Assembly: GCA_902569095.1 (NCBI GenBank)
Contig: CACFSX010000002.1
Coordinates: 40,161 to 104,160, forward strand
Reading direction: 5' to 3'
DNA length: 64,000 nt
Origin: an uncultured Alphaproteobacteria bacterium
GTDB lineage: Bacteria; Pseudomonadota; Alphaproteobacteria; Methylaequorales; Methylaequoraceae
Under the pieces are notes generated by a model, which was given only the letters and a program-made list of their open reading frames with translations, did not search any database and had not been told where the DNA came from. The position numbers and the translations under genes were made by a program. Shown in pieces: positions 18,936-26,894 of this stretch; positions within the stretch are counted from its first letter, which is position 1; each line of letters begins with the position of its first letter.

Positions 18936-19559
18936 ATGAAAAAAATCCTTTCATTTCTTGTTATAACAATTTTTCTTTCGTCATGTGCTGTAGAAAAAAA
19001 AAAACTTACAGAAAACGTTGGTAAATATGTTCCACCAAATATTGACGATACTAACTTTAAAAATACCCTTGTTACCAATAAAAAATTTGACGAAACTTGG
19101 ACCTCTGTAATTGACTTTGTAAAAGATTCTTTTTTTAAAATCGAAAATATTGACAAAGATTCTGGATTATTAACGTTGTCATTTGGTCCAAAAGAACCAG
19201 AAAAATTTATAGATTGTGGTGACTTTGAATATACTCTATTTTTTACTGGTGAAGAATTTAAAGGCTCTTATATTGATTATGCTAAAAGTGGGTTATTGGC
19301 AGTTCTTGAAGCAAAAATGAACATCACTATACAAAAAATTGATTATGAATCCACAAACGTAATTATTAACACAAATTATACTTACTCAACACAACATGCA
19401 CTTGGGTATTATGACCCCAAGCTAAACCAAACATATAGTTTTGTATCAGGAGGCTATCAAACAATAGATGTTATCAACCCTATTAAAGGAAGCATTCCAA
19501 CACGAACTTGTAAATCAACTAACTTTGCAGAGAATGCAATTTTTAATTTAATAAAGTAA
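18936..19559 (+). CDS. Lipoprotein, hypothetical
   Basis: Lipobox FLSSC; 207 aa. Confidence 0.55.
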   Translation: MKKILSFLVITIFLSSCAVEKKKLTENVGKYVPPNIDDTNFKNTLVTNKKFDETWTSVIDFVKDSFFKIENIDKDSGLLTLSFGPKEPEKFIDCGDFEYTLFFTGEEFKGSYIDYAKSGLLAVLEAKMNITIQKIDYESTNVIINTNYTYSTQHALGYYDPKLNQTYSFVSGGYQTIDVINPIKGSIPTRTCKSTNFAENAIFNLIK

Positions 19560-19600
19560 GGTTTCTTTGTTATTTTAAAGAAATCAGTTATTTAAAAAAA

Positions 19601-19849
19601 CTAGACTAGATTTTCATCCTTAGGTGATGATGGTACTTTTTTTTCCCACTCAAACTCTTCAAAATGTTTTTCCATCTCTTGAAATATGTTCTGAATCTCA
19701 TTAAACCCATCGCCAACAAATCCTACGAACTGAAAAATAGGAATTAGAAACATAACAATGGTGTAAATAATTACTATGCTAATAGGAATAAATATGAGTT
19801 TAAACATATTTCGTTCAAACCATTTGAATATTTTTAGGAAGTCTTTCAT
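19601..19849 (-). CDS. Small membrane protein, hypothetical
   Basis: 82 aa with one long hydrophobic region. Confidence 0.4.
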   Translation of the reverse strand: MKDFLKIFKWFERNMFKLIFIPISIVIIYTIVMFLIPIFQFVGFVGDGFNEIQNIFQEMEKHFEEFEWEKKVPSSPKDENLV

Positions 19850-19975
19850 AAAATCAAACTTTGGTAAGAATATAAATTAAAGCAAATATATTATATGAGC
19901 TTTAATCATTAACGCTTCGTGAATCTTCAATTTTTTGATTACACCCCAATGTATTTAAGTATAGTTTCGTATAAT

Positions 19976-20033
19976 CCTTAGTGAGTGGTGCCGCTTGAGA
20001 GATTTGAACTCCCGACCCACTGATTACAAATCA
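19976..20033. repeat. Island-end direct repeat: displaced 3' part of tRNA-Thr (att site)
   Basis: 58/58 identity with 35719-35776 (ccttagtgagtggtgccgcttgagagatttgaactcccgacccactgattacaaatca). Covers the tRNA from the anticodon loop to CCA plus 10 bp. Confidence 0.92.
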
Positions 20034-20198
20034 TTTTTAATGCTGTTTCATCCCGTTTCATTTAGCCTTATATAGTCTTATTTATAGCAATATAATCAAT
20101 TGCTTATTGCACAAACCTAAATCAAATTGTATCATTTAATTTTAATGTGACTTACGCATTTTGGAGCCCCAGTGGAGCCCCAGATTAGATTATATTAT

Positions 20199-21341
20199 AT
20201 GTTAAATGATCGTCAAATTACCCATATTAAACCCCCAGTAAAAGGACGTAAATCATATGGCGATATCAATGGATTAAGTTTACGCGTAACATCGACCAAT
20301 CACAAAAGTTGGAGTATTCAGTATCGCGTTAATGGTCGTAAATTGCGATTAACATTAGGTAATTACCCCACACTATCATTAAAGGATGCACGTCAGCTCA
20401 CCACAGAAAAGCTCAATAGCATCTATAAAGGTCAAGATCCTCAACATGAAAAGAATGAAGCTAAAGTCAATAATTTTGCGTACTTTGTTGAGCTTTATAT
20501 GGAAAACCACGTGCGCATAAACCTGAAGAGCAGGTATGAGGTTGAGCGTATCTTTAATAATTATTTCGTTAGTAAATTGGGGAGCATAGCTATTAACCAG
20601 ATTACAAAGCAACATATTCTTAGGATTACTGATGATTTGGTGGCAAAGGGGAAGGGGGTTCAGGCTAATCGTCTTTTATCATACATTAAATCAATGTTTA
20701 AATGGTGTGTACAGCGCGATTATCTTGCAATCAATCCTATTGATTCTCTAGCCAAACCATTTAAAGAGAAATCACGTGATAGGGTACTTACACTCCAAGA
20801 AATTAGGGCTATTTATGAAGCGTGTGGCAAGGTGGATCCTATTCAAGGGCATTTGATTAAGTTCTTAATCCTGTCAGGACAACGCATTAATGAGATTACC
20901 AACTTAAAATGGTCTGATATCAATAATGATAACTTTGAAATACCTAAAGAACGTTCTAAGAATATGCAGAAGATAATTACACCCTTAACTACCCATATGA
21001 AAGATATATTAAGTCTAATGTCTCAACGAGACAGTTACATATTCTCATATGATGGTCTCAAGCCGCTTAACTGTTTTAGTCAGCTAAAGAAACGCCTTAT
21101 TTACCATTCAGGGGTCACAAATTGGACGTATCATGACTTTAGACGCTCAATGGGAACATTCCTCGGTGATAACGGTTTTAATAAGGATAGGATTATGACT
21201 GTTCTCAATCACACCGATAGCTCGGTTACCTCAATATATAATCGCTCACATCAGTTTAAACAAAAGTTAGAAGCGCTCAATTTTTGGAACGAACATTTAA
21301 TAGATAAGGGTATAGGTGGGGGGAGGGCCTACAGCGTATAA
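20199..21341 (+). CDS. int: Tyrosine recombinase, P4-type integrase (Arm/DUF4102 N-terminal domain)
   Basis: N-terminus LNDRQITHIKPPVKGRKSYGDINGLSLRVTSTNHKSWSIQYRVNGRKLRLTLGNYP. Catalytic SGQRINEI, HDFRRS and VTSIYNRS (Tyr). ATG at 20199 preferred over the GTG at 20172. Confidence 0.9.
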   Translation: MLNDRQITHIKPPVKGRKSYGDINGLSLRVTSTNHKSWSIQYRVNGRKLRLTLGNYPTLSLKDARQLTTEKLNSIYKGQDPQHEKNEAKVNNFAYFVELYMENHVRINLKSRYEVERIFNNYFVSKLGSIAINQITKQHILRITDDLVAKGKGVQANRLLSYIKSMFKWCVQRDYLAINPIDSLAKPFKEKSRDRVLTLQEIRAIYEACGKVDPIQGHLIKFLILSGQRINEITNLKWSDINNDNFEIPKERSKNMQKIITPLTTHMKDILSLMSQRDSYIFSYDGLKPLNCFSQLKKRLIYHSGVTNWTYHDFRRSMGTFLGDNGFNKDRIMTVLNHTDSSVTSIYNRSHQFKQKLEALNFWNEHLIDKGIGGGRAYSV

Positions 21342-21363
21342 GAGAGTGGCCACAAAACTATAT

Positions 21364-21858
21364 TTAAGATTTTTCTTCCACTTTTTTATTGGAGTAGTGT
21401 TGCGTAAACTTGTTCTTTTCTAACTTCCATACTTCGATTTCGATATCTTGGGTTTCTTTGCGTTGACGTACACTTTCGGTAAACACCTCATTTTTTTTAA
21501 AGTTAAGTACTAGTCCCGTTTTAATTTTTTTGATGATAGCGTTGTCATTTTTTGCAGCTGAGCGTAGGTAGTTTCTTAGTTGTTGTCGGTGTTCCTCTCC
21601 GATCCCAGAGCCAACTTTCGTTTCAATAATAACAGCTTCTTTTAAATCCATACAGGGAGGAATGAGAAAATCAAGCTCATGAAGACCGATAGGATGATTG
21701 TCGTAGAAGAGTTCAAGACCTGCCTCTCTCATAAAATCAATTTTATTTTTTCTTAATTCAACGCCTAACGCAGTTTGGAAATGTTCTTCTTTTAAGCCTG
21801 AGAGTTGTTTAAAAACTTTCTCTGCAAGACCCTCTATTTTTTTCAAAAATAAATTCAT
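21364..21858 (-). CDS. GxxExxY-family protein (PD-(D/E)XK nuclease superfamily)
   Basis: GLKEEHFQTALGVELRKNKIDF...HELDFLI...AVIIETKV...HRQQLRNYLRS...GLVLNF follows the GxxExxY family layout (D...E-x-K core). Confidence 0.65.
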   Translation of the reverse strand: MNLFLKKIEGLAEKVFKQLSGLKEEHFQTALGVELRKNKIDFMREAGLELFYDNHPIGLHELDFLIPPCMDLKEAVIIETKVGSGIGEEHRQQLRNYLRSAAKNDNAIIKKIKTGLVLNFKKNEVFTESVRQRKETQDIEIEVWKLEKNKFTQHYSNKKVEEKS

Positions 21859-21906
21859 ATTTAATTGCCTGTATACAAAATTTTCATGATAATTTATTAT
21901 TTATGA

Positions 21907-22797
21907 ATGGAAAATAAGTTTTTTTTCTTAAGTTTAAATCAACTTGAGTTTAATACTTTCTCTAGAGAAGTTTTCGAACAAATTCCTGTGGGAAGTTCTC
22001 AAGAAGATATTTGTAAATTTTTTAATAATTTAGATAATAATTCCTTACTAGACGACATTTTAAAAAATGGAATAATTGAGCCATTAAAAGTAAAACCTAA
22101 AAAAAATAACAAATATCTAAAAAATAGATTTAGTGTTATTGAGGGAAATAGACGACTGGCAGCAATGATTACTTTAAATAAAGACCATTTAAAAAAGTAT
22201 GAAAAAAATCCTCAAAAATTTAAACCTCTTCCAACTTGGTTAACGAGGCTTCCTTGTTCACTAGATGATGGTAAAGGAAATTACGATGATATGGATGGTT
22301 ATTTCAAAAAAGCTATAGAACAGTGGGAAAGTAAAAAACTTGAATTTAAGTCATCACTAAATAAGAATTTTCATACCCAGTCAAGTCCATGTGAAATAAT
22401 GAGGTATGAAACTCTTCTTACAGTGAATGCTTTTTTAAATACTAATGATGGTAATCTTATTATTGGTGTTAGAGATAACAAACAGGTTGTTGGAATTGAA
22501 AAGGACGATTACTATGATAATGATAAATACATGACTAAACTTGAAAATATCTTATCATCTTCCATGGGACCGGAATATTCAAAATATTATGAAATTGAAA
22601 TTCATCCATATGAAGGAAAAAAACTGTGTTTAGTAAAATGTCAAAAAAGTGAAAGTCCAGTCTTTCTTAAATATAAACCGTACAATAAAAAAAAAAATAG
22701 ACCTGATAACACAGAAGACTTTTATATTAGAAAAAATAGTGGGTCTCAAATTTTAAAGCCAAGCTCAATGACTAAGTATATAAATGATCATTTTTAG
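21907..22797 (+). CDS. ParB/Srx-fold domain fused to an AlbA_2 (Schlafen-like) domain
   Basis: N-terminal IIEPLKVKP...FSVIEGNRRLAAMITL (ParB box). C-terminal ESKKLEFKSS...VNAFLNTNDGNLIIGVRDNKQVVGI...FYIRKNSGS (AlbA_2 signature). Confidence 0.7.
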   Translation: MENKFFFLSLNQLEFNTFSREVFEQIPVGSSQEDICKFFNNLDNNSLLDDILKNGIIEPLKVKPKKNNKYLKNRFSVIEGNRRLAAMITLNKDHLKKYEKNPQKFKPLPTWLTRLPCSLDDGKGNYDDMDGYFKKAIEQWESKKLEFKSSLNKNFHTQSSPCEIMRYETLLTVNAFLNTNDGNLIIGVRDNKQVVGIEKDDYYDNDKYMTKLENILSSSMGPEYSKYYEIEIHPYEGKKLCLVKCQKSESPVFLKYKPYNKKKNRPDNTEDFYIRKNSGSQILKPSSMTKYINDHF

Positions 22798-22812
22798 TAA
22801 GAGGAGTATGAT

Positions 22813-23898
22813 ATGAAATTTAAGATGTTACCCATTGATAAAATTTTAATGAACCCGGGAAACCCTAGAATGGCTTTTGATGATAATTTTTCAGGTTATG
22901 ACAAAATACCTGTTGAAAAAATTGAATTAAAACAACCTGATATTCTGAGTTGGTATGATTTAACTGCTGATGACGATGTGAATGAGGATAGAGAATTGGG
23001 AAGGCAATATTCGTATCATCGAGCTGGACTAAGGGATTCCATTGAAATTGAAGGAATTCAGGACCCTATTAAAGTTCAGGAATTAGACAATGGTCAATTT
23101 CTTGTTGTTGACGGAAATACTCGGTTATCAATTGCCAAGGAACTTGTTAAAAGTGACGAAAAATTCAAAGAAGTCCCATGTTTTATAATAAGTGATTATC
23201 AAGAATCAAATTTTCATAAAATACAATTAACTCAGCATGTAGTTGGTTCCAAACCATGGGATATTTTTTGTAGAGCTAGATACTTACATCACTTAAAAAA
23301 AACAAATCTGATGGAATTAACTCATATTCTTAATATTTGTGGTATGGCAAACACTAGAAAATATAAACTAGAAATTGCTTCTTATGAACAAATGATGGAG
23401 TGGAAGAAAATTTGTGATGATGATTCAGTTGAAGCGGTAAAGAATAAAAACCTTCAAATGTGGGATACGACTAGATTTAGTTACTTTTTAGAATTCCAAA
23501 AAAAAATAAATATTTTTAATGATATTGTCTATCCCCCTGAGGAGTTTAATAAACATATGAGACAAAATCTCATTGATAAAGGAGCAGATGTTAGAAGGCT
23601 TCCTGATATATGGCAAAATACAGACGATCCCGAGAAAAGGATAAGAAAAATTTTTCTTGAAAAAGGCACTCAAGCAGCGATTAAAGAACTTGATAATAAA
23701 TCAAAAGATAAGAGTGATAACAGTATAATTAACACTGCTGAATACTTAACGGCTGCTATAAATTCCATGCGCAACGAAGAAAGAGAAAAATTTATGGAGG
23801 AACAAGGTGATAAAAAAATTGAAATTCTATCTAACTGTTCTGATGAACTAATTGATTTTATAAAAGATTTAGAGCGTTATCTAAGAATTAGTAGATAA
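22813..23898 (+). CDS. ParB/Srx-fold domain protein 2
   Basis: LPIDKILMNPGNPR ... IEGIQDPIKVQELDNGQFLVVDGNTRLSIAKEL. AGGAG sits 7 nt upstream. The long C-terminal region is unassigned. Confidence 0.7.
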   Translation: MKFKMLPIDKILMNPGNPRMAFDDNFSGYDKIPVEKIELKQPDILSWYDLTADDDVNEDRELGRQYSYHRAGLRDSIEIEGIQDPIKVQELDNGQFLVVDGNTRLSIAKELVKSDEKFKEVPCFIISDYQESNFHKIQLTQHVVGSKPWDIFCRARYLHHLKKTNLMELTHILNICGMANTRKYKLEIASYEQMMEWKKICDDDSVEAVKNKNLQMWDTTRFSYFLEFQKKINIFNDIVYPPEEFNKHMRQNLIDKGADVRRLPDIWQNTDDPEKRIRKIFLEKGTQAAIKELDNKSKDKSDNSIINTAEYLTAAINSMRNEEREKFMEEQGDKKIEILSNCSDELIDFIKDLERYLRISR

Positions 23899-24369
23899 AT
23901 GGCTGAGTCAACTTCGCATTTCTTTTATAAGAGAATTTTATATGAACATGTTGAAAAATTTTTGCAAAAGAAAAGCATTTGCCTAAAGGATTTAGATAAT
24001 GATTATGAAGTATATATGGAGTTACAAGAGCAAGGGTTATACACAAGAAGATATCCAACAAAAAATTTGAACGGATATATACCTGACTTTTTTTTTTCTT
24101 CATTTAGAAACAAAATTTTATATGTAGGCGAAGCAAAGATAATCTCTGATTTTAATAGAGATAAAAAACTTCTCAATGGAAATATTTCGCAAATAAAAAA
24201 AGGCTTTAAGTTTATCTTTGAAAATAATTACAAAGATGTAGATCATATTTTTTTTTTTAGTGTGCCTTTAAGATATAAAATGAGTGTATTGAACACTTTT
24301 GAAAAGATTCTTTTTGAATTTAAATTAGAATTTAATAGTTCACTAAATTTTAGGATAATTGTTATTTGA
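23899..24369 (+). CDS. Small PD-(D/E)XK-like putative nuclease
   Basis: GYIPDFFF...(16 aa)...ILYVGEAKI fits PD...(D/E)xK spacing. The start abuts the upstream stop (TAAATG). Motif-level call only. Confidence 0.45.
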   Translation: MAESTSHFFYKRILYEHVEKFLQKKSICLKDLDNDYEVYMELQEQGLYTRRYPTKNLNGYIPDFFFSSFRNKILYVGEAKIISDFNRDKKLLNGNISQIKKGFKFIFENNYKDVDHIFFFSVPLRYKMSVLNTFEKILFEFKLEFNSSLNFRIIVI

Positions 24370-25832
24370 TGAATAAAAGAGAATTTGATTCAAAAACAAC
24401 AGCATTTGATTTTCAAAGCAGAGCTATTAAGCTTTTAAAAAAGTTAGATTATGGGGGGATTTTTTTTGAGCAAGGGCTAGGAAAAACAAAAATTGCTATT
24501 GAACTTATACTTTACTGGCTGAAAGAAAGACAAGTTGATTTAGTAATTGTAGTCACTAAAAAAGGGCTTATTAAAAATTGGGAAGAAGAAATATCTTTAC
24601 ATAGTTTTCTTTCGCATGCTGTTTTACAACAAAACAGAAAAATGAGTAGTGCTCTTTTTTTATCTGGTATTAATCTTTTGATTACAAATTACGAAGTAAT
24701 TAATAGTCAGCACAGAAAACTATTACCATTATCTAGATTAAAAAAACTAGCAATAATTCTTGATGAATCCGCTAAAATTAAAAATCCTAATTCTAAGCTT
24801 TCCAAAATTTTCTTTTCGTTGATAGATATCTTTAAAAAAAGATTTATTTTGACTGGCACTCCATCAGCCAACAGACCTTATGACATTTGGTCACAAATAA
24901 AGTTCCTAGATAATGGTATTTCTTTAAATGTTCCATATGAGATGTTTGTTGAACAAACAGATTTGAAAAACACCTTAAACGATGATGTTCAAGGTCAAGA
25001 AGCTTTTTCAGATAACCTTACTTCAATATTCAGTAAGATTGATGCATTTTGTATTAGAGAAACTAAAGAAGAGAATTTAAAAGATTTACCTGAAAAAAAA
25101 TTTTTGGAAATAAAATGTCCATGGGAGAAAAACCAAAAAGAACTATATGAAAAATTTAAAGAAGAATTTAAAGCATTTGTAAAAAAAAATAATTCAATGG
25201 TTGAAGAAAATACTAGTAACATCTTAAAAAGAATAATGCGATTAATGCAAGTTACTTCAAATCCGTCTTTGGTTGATGATAATTATTCTAATATAACTGA
25301 AAAATATAATGAGCTTAAGAAATTAATTTACAGCATAATTGAAAAAGATGAAAAGTGTATTGTTTGGTCATCCTACGTAAAAAATACTGATTTCTTACAC
25401 TCACACTTTGAAAAACTTGGAGCAGTTAAGATTCATGGAAAAATTAATATAGATAAAAGAAATGAAAATATTTATGAATTTAAAAATAATAAAGATATAA
25501 GAATTTTGTTTGCAACACCTCAATCTTGTAAAGAAGGATTAACACTTACTGTTGCTAATCATTGTATTTTTTTTGATAGAACGTTAAGTCTTGACGACTA
25601 TCTTCAATCTCAAGACAGGATTCATAGAATATCTCAAAAAAAACAATGTTTTATTTATAACTTTATAATTGAAAACTCCATTGATGTTTGGGTTGACAAA
25701 CTAATTGATGCCAAAAATAATGCTGCTAGAGTAGTAATGGGGGATATTAATATTGATACATTCAAAGACTCTATGGACTATGATTTTGCAGCAATTATAA
25801 AATCCATATTATATGATAATAAAGAAAAATGA
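24369..25832 (+). CDS. SNF2-family helicase/translocase
   Basis: Motif I EQGLGKTKIAI, motif II ILDESAKIKN, motif III LTGTPSANRPYDIWSQIKFL, motifs V/VI CKEGLTLTVANHCIFFDRTLSLDDYLQSQDRIHRISQKK. The ATG at 24369 overlaps the upstream TGA. Confidence 0.85.
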   Translation: MNKREFDSKTTAFDFQSRAIKLLKKLDYGGIFFEQGLGKTKIAIELILYWLKERQVDLVIVVTKKGLIKNWEEEISLHSFLSHAVLQQNRKMSSALFLSGINLLITNYEVINSQHRKLLPLSRLKKLAIILDESAKIKNPNSKLSKIFFSLIDIFKKRFILTGTPSANRPYDIWSQIKFLDNGISLNVPYEMFVEQTDLKNTLNDDVQGQEAFSDNLTSIFSKIDAFCIRETKEENLKDLPEKKFLEIKCPWEKNQKELYEKFKEEFKAFVKKNNSMVEENTSNILKRIMRLMQVTSNPSLVDDNYSNITEKYNELKKLIYSIIEKDEKCIVWSSYVKNTDFLHSHFEKLGAVKIHGKINIDKRNENIYEFKNNKDIRILFATPQSCKEGLTLTVANHCIFFDRTLSLDDYLQSQDRIHRISQKKQCFIYNFIIENSIDVWVDKLIDAKNNAARVVMGDINIDTFKDSMDYDFAAIIKSILYDNKEK

Positions 25833-26851
25833 CAAAAGAGTTTAATATTGTTAACAGAGAAATTCCAGTAGAACAAATTGAGTTTTGGCCAAACAACCCA
25901 CGACTTTTAGAATTCACCAGAACAAACACTGAACTTCAACCTATTGACATTAAGAATTATTTTTTAAAAAAGGAAACTATTGAAGAATTCAAAATTAAAG
26001 AATTAGCTGAAAATATTATTGATTTTAAAATGGTCCATGACCCATTGCATCTTCAACCTGTCAGTGGACTGAAGAATAAATTTACACTCTTTGAGGGTAA
26101 CAGAAGGTTAGCAGCTCTATTTTGGATTAAACATGAATATGGTGAGCAATTTAAAGACATAATTAACAAAGTACACTGTATGGTTTATGAAAATCTATCT
26201 GATGTAAATAGAGATAAATTATTAGCTAATTGGCATGAAATTGGGAAACTTCAGTGGACTCCTTTTGCAAGAGGTCTAAAGATGTTAAATGAGAAAAATC
26301 AAGGTATTTATAGCGAAAAACAAATGTGTGAAATCTATAAAAAAGGATCCCAAGAGATTAAACAAATCATTTCAGCTACACAATTTGTTTTACAGCATAG
26401 ACTCAAAACCGACCAATTTAGTCATTCCTTAGAATTTCAAAAGATTAAAAGCACAACTGGAAAATTTAAAGACCTGAGTATAGGGGATAATGAGCTTGAA
26501 AAATTTGAAACCAAATTAGCTGCTGAATTTAAAAATATTAAGGGCTCTGATGTCCGAATACTCGGAAAAATGTATGATAAAAGACCTGGAAGGGCTAAGA
26601 TTAAGAGTTATATAAATAACGAAATACCCTATATAGACTTAATCAAATACAGTTTTCGAGCAGGTGATAGAAGTCGATTAGTTAATAAGTTTGAGCAAAT
26701 AGCAGATGAATTAATTGATTTAGTACCTGACGCAATTAAAAAACTTGAAGATAAAAAAAATCACGAAATTGCTGTTAAAATAGTCAAAAAGATAAAAATT
26801 ATTCAGGAAAGATTAAAAGATTGTCAAAAAGCCTATAAAAATAGAAAATAA
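25829..26851 (+). CDS. ParB/Srx-fold domain protein 3
   Basis: IPVEQIEFWPNNPRL ... DPLHLQPVSGLKNKFTLFEGNRRLAALFWI. ATGA overlap with the SNF2 gene. Confidence 0.7.
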   Translation: MTKEFNIVNREIPVEQIEFWPNNPRLLEFTRTNTELQPIDIKNYFLKKETIEEFKIKELAENIIDFKMVHDPLHLQPVSGLKNKFTLFEGNRRLAALFWIKHEYGEQFKDIINKVHCMVYENLSDVNRDKLLANWHEIGKLQWTPFARGLKMLNEKNQGIYSEKQMCEIYKKGSQEIKQIISATQFVLQHRLKTDQFSHSLEFQKIKSTTGKFKDLSIGDNELEKFETKLAAEFKNIKGSDVRILGKMYDKRPGRAKIKSYINNEIPYIDLIKYSFRAGDRSRLVNKFEQIADELIDLVPDAIKKLEDKKNHEIAVKIVKKIKIIQERLKDCQKAYKNRK

Positions 26852-26894
26852 TGCTATATATTGTTATTAATTACAATGTTTAACTAAATATAGT

